A stretch of 63,740 bases of DNA, counting the filler, from Folioceros fuciformis (lineage: Eukaryota): assembly GCA_049999805.1 (NCBI GenBank). It is 7 parts of 7 records of this genome, joined end to end, with 100 filler letters (N's around TTAATTAATTAA, not from the genome) between each part and the next. Parts side by side here need not be neighbours in the genome. Positions count along the whole stretch, not along the records: positions 1 to 9,983 come from JBNGIO010001915.1; positions 10,084 to 16,479 come from JBNGIO010001916.1; 5 more parts are not named here. One strand, 5' to 3'. A model generated the notes under the pieces. It had not been told where the DNA came from and searched no databases. It saw nothing but the letters and a program-made list of their open reading frames with translations. Positions 1 to 11,520 of the stretch are shown in pieces (the first letter of the stretch is position 1; each line of letters begins with the position of its first letter). A program made the position numbers and the translations under genes.

Positions 1-1133
1 CGGACGAAGTGACGAAGCAGCTAGTGGAATGCGCTCAGGCAGTGAATGCCGACGACGTTGGCACTGCTAATGCTCTGCTGGGCAACATGCGGCAGTTCGC
101 AACGCCCTGGGGGTCTGGGCTTCAACGTCTGGCGCATTACTTCGTGGAGGCTCTGGGGGCTAGGCTATCTGGTACGGGGGCGGATCTCTTCACTGCCGCT
201 TGCAAGACAGGGCCAGCTGCCGTCAACGTCCTCGGAGCGTATCAGATGTACATGCGAAAGATTCCCTACTTTCGGATGTCTCAGGTTTTTTGCAACAGGA
301 TTCTACTGGATGCTTTTGAAGGAGCTGAGCGAGTGCACATCATTGATTATGGGATTCTCTACGGGCATCAGTGGCCCAGTTTCATGCAAGCCCTTGCTAA
401 CCGTCCGGGGGGTCCTCCTAAGCTCCTCCGCATCACAGGGATAGAGTTTCCGCAGTCGGGTCTGGACCCCGTGCAGAGAGTGAAGGAGACAGGCGTGAAG
501 CTAGGACAGTTTGCAGAGGGGCTCAATCTGCCCTTCGAGTACAAAGCCATAGCGGACAAGTGGGAGCACGTGCATCCTTTTGCTATTGGCCTCCGCAAGG
601 GCGAAGTGGTGGCTGTCACCTCCATGTTTCGTCTGCACCATCTTCTGGACGAGAGTGTCCTCCCATCCAGCCCCAGAAGAAGTGTGCTGGAGAGAGTGAG
701 GAGCATGCAGCCCAAGGTGTTTGTCACCGGAGTCGTGAGTGCCGCCTGCAATGTGCCCTTCTACAACGGCAGATTCTTGCAAGCCTTCTCTCACTACTTG
801 GCCTACTTCGATGCCCTGGATGTCACAGTGCCCCGGGACAGCGAAGACAGATACATCGTGGAGAAGGAGCTGATGGGTAGGGACATCCTCAACATCGTCG
901 CCTGCGAGGGTCTGGAGAGAATAGAGCGAGCCGAGTTGTACACCCAGTGGAAGCGCCGCATCCTCAACGCCGGCTTCCAGCAGGTGCCGGTCAAAGAAGA
1001 GGTGTTCAAGGAAACCCGGGAAGTCCTGCGAGATTTCCACGAGAACTTTGGAGTTGGGCAGGACGACGGGTGGGTGCTGATGGGCTGGAAGGAGACCGTC
1101 CAGAGCGCTCTGTCAGCATGGCAACCCAAGTAG
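1..1133 (+). CDS. GRAS-family transcription factor, LISCL/SCL14-like clade (5' truncated at window start)
   Basis: Intronless frame open from position 3. Contains LxxCAQAV, QRLAHYF, VHIIDYGILYGHQWP, LRITGIEFPQ, PFYRE-like PFYNGRF, NIVACEG.ERIER.E and terminal SAW motifs. Confidence 0.95.
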   Translation, partial: DEVTKQLVECAQAVNADDVGTANALLGNMRQFATPWGSGLQRLAHYFVEALGARLSGTGADLFTAACKTGPAAVNVLGAYQMYMRKIPYFRMSQVFCNRILLDAFEGAERVHIIDYGILYGHQWPSFMQALANRPGGPPKLLRITGIEFPQSGLDPVQRVKETGVKLGQFAEGLNLPFEYKAIADKWEHVHPFAIGLRKGEVVAVTSMFRLHHLLDESVLPSSPRRSVLERVRSMQPKVFVTGVVSAACNVPFYNGRFLQAFSHYLAYFDALDVTVPRDSEDRYIVEKELMGRDILNIVACEGLERIERAELYTQWKRRILNAGFQQVPVKEEVFKETREVLRDFHENFGVGQDDGWVLMGWKETVQSALSAWQPK

Positions 1134-1375
1134 AACTTCAGCGAGCAGGCCAGAAGCACCCACCGTCGTGTAGCAATTCTCGTCTCCTCTCCTCTAGTAT
1201 GTTCTTGTGTATCCTAGAGTCAGACTTGTACAGTCCAGTAGGGTACCTATTTTTGTTGGGTTGTAGGTAGTCTGGCCGGGTTGGAGGTAGTCTGGTCGGT
1301 TTGGAGGTCCTTCAGTATTGATGTGTAAGGAAAAGGAGAGGAATGTGTGAAGGAAAGGGAGAAAGAGACCCGTAA

Positions 1376-2050
1376 TCAGTATGTAACGTACTGAAATGAC
1401 AAGGCTTGTACTGCCTCAAGCGAAGGCCATGCCAAAATCGGAGGGCTTGAGTAGTGCAATTTGGGAATTGAAGGGGACAATTCTCCATCTCTTGAATGAG
1501 ACGTACAATTGTCCCCTTCAGTGACGGATGGAGACGCATAGCGGATATCAAGGTGTGGCTTCCCGTGAGAATCAATCCAGCAGGCATTGCGGTAGTTCAG
1601 GGTGAACTGAAGGTAGCGTCCCGTCACTTTGGATCGACGGAAGTCCCCAAAGAGGTTGACGGCGAGGGTGGCAAGATGTACAGTACGAGTCCGGGATCCG
1701 TGGTGTAGCGCGGCGGGTCCTCCAACCTGGAAAGGTAGACGCACACCAAAAGCTTTCTTCTGATTCTGGAAGACGGCCCTGAAGCACCTTACATCGCTCC
1801 CCGATTCTGAGAGAAACGCAAAGCAGTACCAGGCCCTCGGTCGGGAAACATCCCCAGCAAGGCCACGCCTGGGGAGACGGCGTTCCCAGGCTCGGGCACT
1901 AGCACCAGCTGCGGCCCCAGCAACAGGGCCTGCACCTAGCGGCAGAAGTACAACGACTCCTTCTGGCCGTCCCTGTCCTGCGGGCTGCTCATCTGCGCCG
2001 GCCATCCCACCTCCAGCAACCGGTAGCTCGGCGCCGTCCACGGCAAACAC
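1376..2050 (-). CDS. Hypothetical protein (possibly spliced), family not recognised
   Basis: 224-codon open frame with a plausible in-frame 66-nt GT-AG intron near 1728-1793 (GAT|gtaagg ... tttccag|GTT). No recognisable motif. Confidence 0.25.
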   Translation of the reverse strand: MFAVDGAELPVAGGGMAGADEQPAGQGRPEGVVVLLPLGAGPVAGAAAGASARAWERRLPRRGLAGDVSRPRAWYCFAFLSESGSDVRCFRAVFQNQKKAFGVRLPFQVGGPAALHHGSRTRTVHLATLAVNLFGDFRRSKVTGRYLQFTLNYRNACWIDSHGKPHLDIRYASPSVTEGDNCTSHSRDGELSPSIPKLHYSSPPILAWPSLEAVQALSFQYVTY

Positions 2051-2845
2051 GGACGATTAGCTTGCCATCGGAGGGCCTGTGCAAACACTGGTGTTGTACA
2101 GAAGGGCAGGCAGCTGTGTCCCTCACTGATTGTGGGAAAAGAGTTCCTGGATTGGAGGAGGTGCGGACAAAGACGATGTTGATTGTCGTTGTTGATTCTT
2201 CTATCCAAGTCGACATATCTTTTGGGTCATTGATTCAGCCCATTTCAATAAAGATGTCCACACGAATCCTGTTGCGCTGATTCCTTTCCTGACCTACCAG
2301 AATTGAGCAGGACGCATTCTTTAAAATAAAATAAAAAGTCATTTTCTAGAAATTGAGCAGGACAGTTGCCCATTGGTTGAGTTAACACCAAAGAAAGTAA
2401 TCCGAAAATGTGTTAGACCTAAAGTCTCTGGATATTGAAGACCTGTTATTTTACCTATCCAGGAGTGGAATCCTGCAAATGAAGCAAAAACAGCTCCCAT
2501 AGGAAGCACATAATGGAGATATGCAACCACATAATAAGTCAACTTCACCTAGATATTTTCATATCTACTTGGATCGGACATCCATGAGCTCCTTGCGCCC
2601 GTCGCCAGCTGCCAGCCTTCGTTCAGTGCTCTGCGGACATCCACTAGCTGCGGGAGCACATGGCCCGGGATCCCAGATCTGAAGCTCTTCCCTTTCTCAC
2701 TGTCAGCTTGTACCAGGCCAGCTTCGTCTAACCCTATTCCTATGTCGGATTCACGGGATCCACATGCCCGCGCGAGGGGGAGGAAGCAAGGAGAGCAGGC
2801 TGCCAGGGCTGACGGGAGACATGCTCGCAGGGCTCAGGTCCTGAC

Positions 2846-4519
2846 ATGTGGGAGGAGGACAGGAGAGCGGAACTTCTGCGGGACAATCGGGACAGCTCAT
2901 GGCTGTTGGATAGCCCGGAGGACACTCGGGGAGATGATCGGGATCGGGATTGGGATCGAAGCCGGGCTTCTGGCAGCGGCAGCAGAGCCTCGGCCCGGCA
3001 CGGGGAGAGCCTTGCGCGCCGGGAGAAGCTCAAGGAGCTGCAGCGGAGTAAGTTGAAGACGCAGGTGAGCTTCTACGACAACGGCGTTGAGAGCAGGAGC
3101 AAGCCTGCGTGTGGCGCGGGCAAGGGAAAGGCGAATGGTGACGGCCACGGCGCAGCGGGGCAGAAAAAGAAGTACCTTCCCTTTGACAATTTCGGCTCCG
3201 TCTTTGGGCCGTCGGAGCGGGTGGTGCCCAAGCATGTGCTTGAGCAGATTCGTACCAAAGAGGAGCAGGCCAGGATTGCGCAGATCTAGGGTAGGCCGAG
3301 GGTAGGTGGAGCACAGTCCGGAGATCGAAATGTTGCCGCAAGGGAGCCTCCCAGGCCACTTCCCTAGGCCGCTGTGAAGAAGAGACCTTTGGATGAGGCC
3401 ACCAAGAAGGCTCTGGCTCTTAGGGAATCGCGGGACTACTCGTTTTTGGACTCCGACGAGCCTTTGAATGTGCCTGCGCCCAAGAAGGGCTCAGCTTCCA
3501 TTCCTCCTGCGAAGAACCTTCCCTCTCGAAGGCCCTCAGCTTTGCCTTCAGGCCAAAAGTCTGGTGCTAGACGGGATGTCAGAGGTGTCAGGGATGGTTG
3601 GAATCCTAGGCATACCCGGCATGTCCGATACGGCAGCATGGATGGCAGTCGGGAAAGGTCAGCTGGTCATGCCGCATCCAAGCACAGGGTGCAGGCTGGG
3701 GGAGGAAGAGAGAGCCCCAAACTGCCGACACCTACTCAGCTTACCAAGCAATCTGTAGCTGTTCCTTCCAGACTTCCACCGACTTCACGCGGCCAACCTA
3801 CTGCTGCCAGGCCTGTGTCGCAGCCGGGTGCATCAAGTCAACCTCCGGCAAGGACTACACCCAGGCCGGTTTCATACCCGCCGCCGAAAACGTCTGCTAC
3901 TACTCCCAGGCCTGGGGAAAGGCCAGCAGTTCCCAAACGCTCATTTGTAGGAGGATCTGGCAGGGCTGCCTGGCCAGGTCCTGGCGTAGTCAGATCCAGT
4001 GGGGGATCAAAGACTTCGGACCCTGAAGCTCAAATTGATCCGCGGAAGCCCGCACCTCAGCATGCCAGGCGTTTGCCAGCCGTTAGGCAACAAAGACCTA
4101 ACGTCCCGCCAGTCACTTCCAGGCCGCTTGCCAGACATGTCGGTGACCTGCAAAGACGGCCGCCCCCAACAAGACCCGTTTCCCGGATGGAACCTCGTAG
4201 AAGAGGAGAGGATTTACGACGCCCTCTCAACAGTGACGATGACGATTCTATGGAAGATTTTATAGATGATGGGGATGGCCCAGCTAATTACTCCTCTATT
4301 ATACAGAATTTGTTCGGACGTGGACGCAAGAGACCAATTTACGATGACTCCGACGATGAGGATGACAGGTGCATGGAGGTGGGATTCAGTGCGATAGAGG
4401 CAGAAGAAAGGAGGAGTGCTAGAATAGCTAGAGAGGAGGATGAGAGGGAGTTGGAGGCCATTCAAGCAGAGGAAAGGGAAGCTCGACTTCGGAGGGAAAA
4501 GAAGCAGCGCAGATTGTAG
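2846..4519 (+). pseudogene. SPT2: SPT2 chromatin protein gene interrupted by in-frame TAG (pseudogene or disrupted allele)
   Basis: Plant SPT2 N-terminal motif LPFDNFGSVFGPS and C-terminal SPT2 domain (DDDDSMEDFIDD...YSSIIQNLFG...MEVGFSAIEAEERRSARIAREED) are in the same frame, separated by TAG at 3287 and 3365. Confidence 0.8.
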
Positions 4520-6414
4520 TATGCAGTTGCAGTATATCATCTTTTGCTCAACCCACATTTTCCCCAGTGTTCGGGTGGGTTCATTGAACAGATCTCGGCA
4601 ACAGCCCCCTCGCTGCTTGAATCACAGCCCCAAAAAGATACTTTGCTTATTCCGAGGCTTATTCCTCCTATCTGCACACCCATCTACATATGTGTTTGGC
4701 GCCTTCCATCAAGAAACGCCTTGTCCACAAGTGGTTCAGCAAAAACCGATACCTACACTGCTGACCTGAAAAGCCCAATACATGTACAACCCTGCCTAGC
4801 CTTCATCAGGGGTAGGCACCTGGGTCAAAGTGTCCCGCTCCCGACAAGGGGTTGCCAACATTTCAGCCTGTGGCAGGTGTACTCTGAGGATCATGCTCTC
4901 GCATCGCCTCGCCTCACCTCGCCAACCTTGTTAGACATCGGTTCAGGAACCAGGACACCGCATTGGGCAGCCTTGCTCGGCACAGGCTGGCCCTTCACTG
5001 GAAAAGTCAGCCAACTCTCAAAGATTCGCCAGATCAGGATTCACCACGGCAATAGCGCGGATCCTCTCCTGTTTCAAATCTCTTACCCTTGTCGCTGGTG
5101 AGTTCCAGCTGCTTTGACATACGCCCACTCCAGCTGTCCCCGTGAGCTTGTTCCAGGGTGCGAATGGATATTGTGTGTTGGATGCTGACACGCCTCGTCG
5201 TCCGGAAAGGTATTCCCTGCTGTAGCCGGCATCCTCTCTGTCATCCAGCCGTGTGACCGTGCATACACACACGGCTGCACGGCTGGATGGCAAGGCAGGG
5301 CAGGGCAGGCCCCCGTCCTAAGGACAGGCCACCTTGCTCAAACATCTACCTTCCCGCCATGCTTGCAAGCTCTGCCCCGTGCTCTTCCGCAAACTATGTT
5401 TAGGCAGGTACATTTCCGTGGAACGTCGTATCAGAGTTGAGTTGTTGGAACAGTAAATGTCAAACATGCTATTCTATGAAGGAGCGTTTGGGCAACAGAG
5501 TGTCGGCTGGGGCTCGCCGCTCCATCCAAATGTGCATACAGGGATGAGTTCAAACATTTTGGGTGTGGTGAACAGATCTCTGTCGTAGTGCGTGCTTCTC
5601 CTTTCCCATATCCAGTCTACTCACAAGTAGGCAGGTATGATGCTCCAAGCTGCATCTGCAAAGCTCTACGGATAAAACGTGAAATTGAGAACTGCCTATG
5701 GCTCCTTCCAAGTTCCTACGCATCACCATACTGTGTCTGCAGTTGACGGACTGTTTGAGCACGTTCCTCAGACTCGCGTTCTCGTGGCACCCCACCGACA
5801 CACTGTGCCCTTGTGCGTAGAAACATTGCTTCGTGCATCTGGGGTTTTCCTCACATGCTCTTGGATGTTTTGAAGAAGGACTTTCTTGTGCATATTGAAT
5901 TCACGCTAGTCCGTGCGAGGGGCTAGTGGGCCCAAGCCATCCGATATCGACCAAGATGCCTTGTTGACAGAAGATTTGTCCACTCTGACGAGATGGGGAG
6001 GATCGGCAGGGAATCCACTTCGATAAAATACGTCACTACGACTCTCGTCCAAGTGGTTGATAAATGTGTTACCCAAGAGGGCCAAGAAGCAAAGATGTGT
6101 GTGTGCGAACAGAGGCCCCGGCCGACACACAACAGAGACCCAGTCTTCACAGACTCCGAGCGTCCCATTGACCATGGGTCAGCGAACACCTGGGACTGGC
6201 AGACGTTGGGGGCAAGTTCCCAAGTGCGTGTACCCTGAGAACCGCACGTTTAACCCCGAGACTGGCACAACGTACATACACCACACCGCTGGTGCTACAG
6301 GGGCGACCCTTACTTCTGATTGACCATGTTGCCGTAGAGGCCTACATCGGAGGCTGGCTGGCTGGCTGTGTGAGGGTACACTCTCTCCAAGCAAGTTAGG
6401 GTCCTCAACGGAGC

Positions 6415-7279
6415 TTACGGCAGATCGTCAAGGGAGAGCTTAGCAACTGGTTCCTGAATGCTGGAACGTGCTTTCACATATCCCAAACTCTTGAGCTCTT
6501 GCAGCAACCGTTTCTCTGCAAATGCCTGCAGCCAAAAACAAGCTCGGGTGTGAGAAGAGGGCAAGTGACAAGCACCCAAGCTGCTTCAGAAATTCAGCTC
6601 GCCATTGCCTCGAGGGTCGGAGACTTTGCGGGTATGTTGGACGCCAGAACGATACTCCACCCCGTTCTCCAGGCTGCACACAAAACAAAACCATCAACAG
6701 GCGAGGCGGAAGGCAGGCAACCCTACCAACCCGGCTCTGCCTTTCCCTACCCTCCCTGCGGCCCCCAACATGAAGCACAACTCACCGAGCCTCCTAGCCG
6801 TGCTCGCTCCTGGACTATCAGCTCCTCCCCCCAGGAGCACGGCCATGCTGGGAGTTTGGGCCTGGACCATGGCAGAAACACAGCACTGCGTGTCAACCAC
6901 GACCGAGCCACCACAATCAGGAAGCGGCAAATTCGAGGCCATGGCTCACCCACTTACATATCGAGTCGGCATAGACAAGTAGAGATTTCCTAGCCTGGCA
7001 GAATTGCAGCTCACCCACACATACAGCTGCAACCACAGATACACAACAACAACAACAACAACAAGCCCGGATCCAGATTAGATCAAAACCAACCACAACC
7101 CCGGTCAACAAACCAAAAAAAAAAATCTCGCTCTTGCAGACCTGGTCAGTGAGACGAATAATCTGGAAGTGGAAGATAGTGTCATGAGCTTGGTCCGTGA
7201 AGCAGGAGATTGGCAAACCATTCTTCAAAGCTTGGCCATCAGACGTGGTGTCCAAGTCTCGTGGCTCCGCAGTGGCCAT
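6415..7279 (-). CDS. PAC4: Proteasome assembly chaperone 4 (PAC4/PSMG4), 5 exons
   Basis: Manual splice: MATAEP...ISCFTDQAHDTIFHFQIIRLTDQ | LYVWVSCNSARLGNLYLSMPTRY | AQTPSMAVLLGGGADSPGASTARRL | AWRTGWSIVLASNIPAKSPTLE | AFAEKRLLQELKSLGY...DDLP*. Matches the plant PAC4 pattern. Confidence 0.9.
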
Positions 7280-8087
7280 CCTGAATTAACCACAACCCAC
7301 GCTTTAACCCACCATGTACAACTGTTGTCCAGAGCTTAAACACAAACATCCTCGTCCGCCGGCAAGCGCCCTAAAATGTCGGTAGGCTTCCGCGGAAGGA
7401 TCTCACGAATCTTACTGTACGGGGACACGGTATCTACGTCTAGAAAGAAAAAGACGCTTATGTCGTGTTTTGCTGGTAAGTACATACTGCACATGCATAT
7501 GTGTGTAGGGTATGTACATGGAAGAGAGGCTGTGAGAGAATGAGCTCGACGCTAAGGTGAGCCCTCGTCCGGCATACTTGGTAATTAGCAGAAGCTTACC
7601 TTAAAGGCACGGGGTGTCGTAAGCGTAAGCGTAAGGCTTGTGGTTGTCGTGTCTTCTTGAAATTGCGAAAAAGGGAGAGTGTAGTGTACTAAAAATAGTA
7701 GTATTCTGTGCCCCGGAGCGGGCCGGGCCGGGCCGCACCTTCCTCTCCCTTCAACTTTCCTTCCTCTTTCCTCCCTCCCCTCGGAGGCTGTGTGAGCTGC
7801 GGCTGTGAGCGGAAGAGAGCGGGCGTGGTTTGGGGTTTGATCATCCTGGGACCTGATATGAAGCAGAGGGAGAAGCGGAGGGCGAGGTAGTTGCAGAGCA
7901 CGAGATCGCTCGCACGCGCCAGCCGGGGGCACGCATATGATGCACCATATGCCTCATCGTTGCCTTAAGCGGAGATCAGTTGTTGGCACATTTGAGAGGG
8001 AGGAGGAGGAGGAGGAGGCGGTGAGCCAGAGCGCCAGAGCGCCAGACCGAGACCGAGACCGAGACCGGAAGCTCCAGCTGCGTCCCC

Positions 8088-8906
8088 ATGTCACTGATTC
8101 CCAAGGGCGGCAAGCTCCGTATCCGGGAGGTATGGGCTCACAATCTAGAGGAGGAGTTTCAGTTGATTCGGGAGGTGGTGGACGACTACCCTTACTTGGC
8201 TATGGACACGGAGTTCCCCGGTGTGGTGGTGCGACCCGTGGGGACCTTTAAGAACAGCGCCGAGTACCATTACCAGACGCTTAGGGCGAATGTGGACATG
8301 CTCAAGCTCATACAGCTGGGGCTCACATTTTCGGACGAGGAGGGGACGCTGCCTCTCTGCGGCACCGGGGAGTACTGCGTCTGGCAGTTTAACTTCCGGG
8401 AGTTCAACATTAAGGAGGATGTTTACGCGCAGGACAGTATCGAGCTGCTTTCCCAGAGCGGCATAGACTTCGGGAAGAATGAGGAGGATGGGATTGATTC
8501 GCAGCGGTTCGGGGAGCTGTTGATGTCTTCTGGCATTGTGCTCAACGAAAGTGTTCACTGGATCACCTTCCACTCCGGCTACGACTTCGGCTACTTGCTT
8601 AAGCTGCTCACGTGCCAGAACCTGCCTTCATCAGAGACTGACTTCTTCAACCTGCTGAGGACCTACTTCCCAACTGTGTATGATATCAAGTACCTGATGA
8701 AGTTTTGCGGGAATATGCACGGGGGCTTGAACCGGCTGGCTGAGATGTTGGAGGTGGAACGCATCGGGCCTTGTCATCAGGCGGGCTCTGACTCCCTCCT
8801 CACCTCCTGTACTTTTCGGAAGCTGAAGCAGGGCTACTTCAACGGTTCCACAGAGAAGTATCAGGGTGTGCTGTATGGTTTGGGAGCAGAGAACAGCGAC
8901 ACATGA
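8088..8906 (+). CDS. CAF1: CCR4-associated factor 1 (DEDD poly(A) ribonuclease), intronless
   Basis: [34 protein letters not shown] and [10 protein letters not shown] motifs; catalytic residues intact. Confidence 0.97.
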   Translation: MSLIPKGGKLRIREVWAHNLEEEFQLIREVVDDYPYLAMDTEFPGVVVRPVGTFKNSAEYHYQTLRANVDMLKLIQLGLTFSDEEGTLPLCGTGEYCVWQFNFREFNIKEDVYAQDSIELLSQSGIDFGKNEEDGIDSQRFGELLMSSGIVLNESVHWITFHSGYDFGYLLKLLTCQNLPSSETDFFNLLRTYFPTVYDIKYLMKFCGNMHGGLNRLAEMLEVERIGPCHQAGSDSLLTSCTFRKLKQGYFNGSTEKYQGVLYGLGAENSDT

Positions 8907-9936
8907 CAGCAGGGGCAGGCTAGCTATTTCGTAATCTTGCCAACCTGGACTGGTCTCAAAGCAACTGTGCTTTCAAGTCAACCTCCGAACATTCTTCTCC
9001 TCTCTGGGGGTGGAGGTGGGGGGGGTGGCTTTGACGGGGAAAGCTTGGGGGAGGAACTCACGTAGCTAGTGGGATGACATCACTGTAGTCAATAGATATT
9101 CAATGTCAAGATTTTGTACATGTCTGATTTTAAGTTATATAGCTATGCTGCGTGCTGCTATGCTGATGCGCAGTCTCGTGGCTGCCATTGAAAGCTGACT
9201 TCTGTGCTGCTAAACCCTTGAAGTCCATGAGGTCCAGAGCCCTCCCAAGTGCTCTTGCAAACATCTCTTTTGCCTTGCGGAAGTTCAATTCAGGACTGAA
9301 CTTCCAAGGGGCCAGCCTGAAATGCTCTTGCTTGGTAAAGAAAGCGGAGTCTGGATGCAGTCAACGGCGTCAGTTGTCTCTTCTTTTCACAAACCTGCCT
9401 GACGTGTGATCTTCCAACATGTAAAGGTACCGCGTCTTCAGGCTCCCATGGGTCTGGAATGAGAGGAGGTAGGGTGGCAAAGCTGCTCTTAGGCTGATAT
9501 CAAATGAGCTTGTGCCATGAATGAAGCTTATGACATCCGGTACTTTTCACCCCACGGGACCTAAGCTGACCCATAGTTGGAAACTTCGGTGCCTCTTCTT
9601 AGGTGCGTGAACATTGTCAAAAGCCCATTTTTTGACGTTCTTTGAACTGCTGGTTCAAGTTTGGTACACGTTGCAAACTGTGCCATTCCAACCTTCCTGG
9701 TCGTTGATTTGACGCTCCCAATCAGGCTTTCTTAATTTGTCCAGGCTCCACATTTGGCGCTTTCCAACCAATGTCCTTCCATCCGTGTCCCCACACCCTC
9801 AACTTTCTCAGCTTTCCCAGCCTTCCGTCTGGCAGGTTCTCCTTCCGAGACCTCCTTCAAGGCCAAAATAACTTTTCCACCTCATTTCTTCAGCCTCTAC
9901 ACACACGTAAGCGCTACTTATCTCAAGTCTTTTATC

Positions 9937-9983
9937 CAGGGTGCCTTCCACACAGGGTGCCTTCCACACAGGGTGCCTTCCAC
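9937..9983. repeat. 16-bp tandem repeat (cagggtgccttccaca) x3 at contig end
   Basis: Directly visible; runs into the gap. Confidence 0.9.
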
Positions 9984-10083
9984 NNNNNNNNNNNNNNNNN
10001 NNNNNNNNNNNNNNNNNNNNNNNNNNNTTAATTAATTAANNNNNNNNNNNNNNNNNNNNNNNNNNNNNNNNNNNNNNNNNNNN
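9984..10083. other. Artificial contig linker (N44-TTAATTAATTAA-N44)
   Basis: Six-frame stop linker flanked by Ns. Confidence 0.98.
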
Positions 10084-10560
10084 GCCCTGCACTGCACTGC
10101 CCAACCCTGCAAGTCCTCCTCCTCTCCGCTCCAGCCACTCCGTGCGAAGCCGCACGGAGCCCTTGGATCCCTGAAAACCCGACTGCTCAACGCGAAACAA
10201 AACCAACACACGACGGCGCCGTTCCAAGACGCGAGGAGTCCGACGCGGACGCAAGCACAACCAACCAAAACAATTAACTTACTCGGCCCCGCCGAGCTCG
10301 AACACAAGAAAACGATGAACCCACCCGAAAGAAGTCCCCCACCAAGACCCACAAGACAGGACAAGGCAAGCTTAGTGCGACAAGCACTGGACTGCGAGCT
10401 CTCGATGGATTCTGTCCATACTCCTCCCACAGCGCAGGACTCGGCTTATAAACGGCTCCCCGCTCAGCCAGAATGATGTACACATGCAAGCCGGGCCAGG
10501 CCAGGCCAGGCCGCAAATTCCCGACCAGGTGAATGACGTCGGGGCCCGGTCCGCGGTGAA
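10084..10560 (-). promoter_or_regulatory. Probable core promoter and 5' UTR of a gene truncated at the contig end
   Basis: Minus-strand TTTATAAG (10445-10452), TGACGTC at ~10534, and a UTR-intron-like gtaagtt...gagcag segment downstream. Confidence 0.3.
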
Positions 10561-11006
10561 AACCGAAGCGAGAGTCCGGGTAGTGGTAAGTCGGGCCTGT
10601 ATTCCGGCGTGCCAGAGTTAGCCCTACCCAGACGAGAGCGTGTCGAGGAGAACTCCTCCACGACCCCGAGTGTGCACTCCACAGGCCGCGTTTCACGCTC
10701 CGCTATTTCGGTTCCGTACGATCCAGCTAAAAATGTCAACTGGTTGGAAACACACGCGCCCACACGCCCGAGCGCGGCATGCATGCCTCCGCTGTCGGCC
10801 AACAACATGCCCCTGCCCCTGCTGCTGCTCCTGCCCTTCTTGGAGCTGTAGATAGCAGGATCGAATGCCCTCCTCACCCCTCACCTGTCTGTCTTTGTAT
10901 ACTCCTCACTTTTAAAGCCGTCTTTGCATGCATGTGACATACAAAACAAACAAAGCCCTGTTTGCATGCATGTGAGGTATAAAACAAAGATTCCAACAAA
11001 ATACTC

Positions 11007-11520
11007 CGTGTCCAGCGTCCACCGCACTGGACTTCTGTGTCAGATTAGGCATCACATTCCCGACTACAGTATTTTGGTCTCAGACTGGAATGTGTGTTAG
11101 ACATACAGTACTGTATGTGAGAACTCTGGACTGGACACTGTGGTAGACATCTGGTAGAGTCTTTTGAACTGTGTGCTAGAGATGTTATGTGGTCTGCGTT
11201 GTGTATTTGAGCCTTCCGGTCTGTATGTCAGACATCTGGTCCAGGCTGTGTGTTAGACCTTGTGGACTGTGTTCTGTGTTGGGGTGTGTGTTAGATATGC
11301 TGGAGTGGACTGTGTGTTACTTCCTGCACATATGATCAGACTCTGGGCTTTGTGTTAGGCCCTCTGTGATAAGCCATTTGGACATTGACACTCGCATCGT
11401 CTCGAGCAAATGTTCACGATGATCTGAACTCAAGTCCAACAGTGGAGAATCTTGTCCACTCACTTCACTTAGGAGTGGTGTTCTGGACTCAGTATCGAGA
11501 GTAGAACGTGTTCTGGACAT
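11007..11520. repeat. Dispersed repeat copy 1 (non-autonomous TE-like, rich in ctggac/tgtgtt submotifs)
   Basis: Shares blocks ggacattgacactc, tggtgttctggactca and gtgttctggac, in the same order, with 13507-13794. Confidence 0.6.

Noticed and set aside
501..1040. Long antisense or alternate-frame ORFs over GRAS, CAF1, SPT2, BolA and the orphan gene
   Set aside because: Shadow ORFs expected from GC-rich codon usage of the real genes.
3287..3289. U-to-C RNA editing to repair TAG stops
   Set aside because: That editing is established for organellar transcripts; this is nuclear DNA, and methylation decay is the simpler explanation.
7480..7517. Small inverted repeat gtacatac...gtatgtac in the PAC4-CAF1 spacer
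   Set aside because: Too short and low-complexity to support a miRNA or MITE call.
7937..8251. Overlapping upstream ORF before CAF1
   Set aside because: Runs through microsatellite-like UTR sequence; no evidence its ATG is transcribed.
9140..9760. Minus-strand frame of ~200 codons with only four stops, all TGA (recoding or pseudogene?)
   Set aside because: No recognisable motif, the other frames are similarly ambiguous, and the stop deficit is weak. Genes in this window use TGA as a normal stop.
10028..10039. TTAATTAATTAA motif recurring six times
   Set aside because: Synthetic six-frame stop linker, not a biological repeat.
10138..10159. 9-bp GC hairpin (also a 10-bp stem at 15109-15140) as a possible Helitron 3' end
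   Set aside because: No CTRR terminus at the expected distance on either strand.
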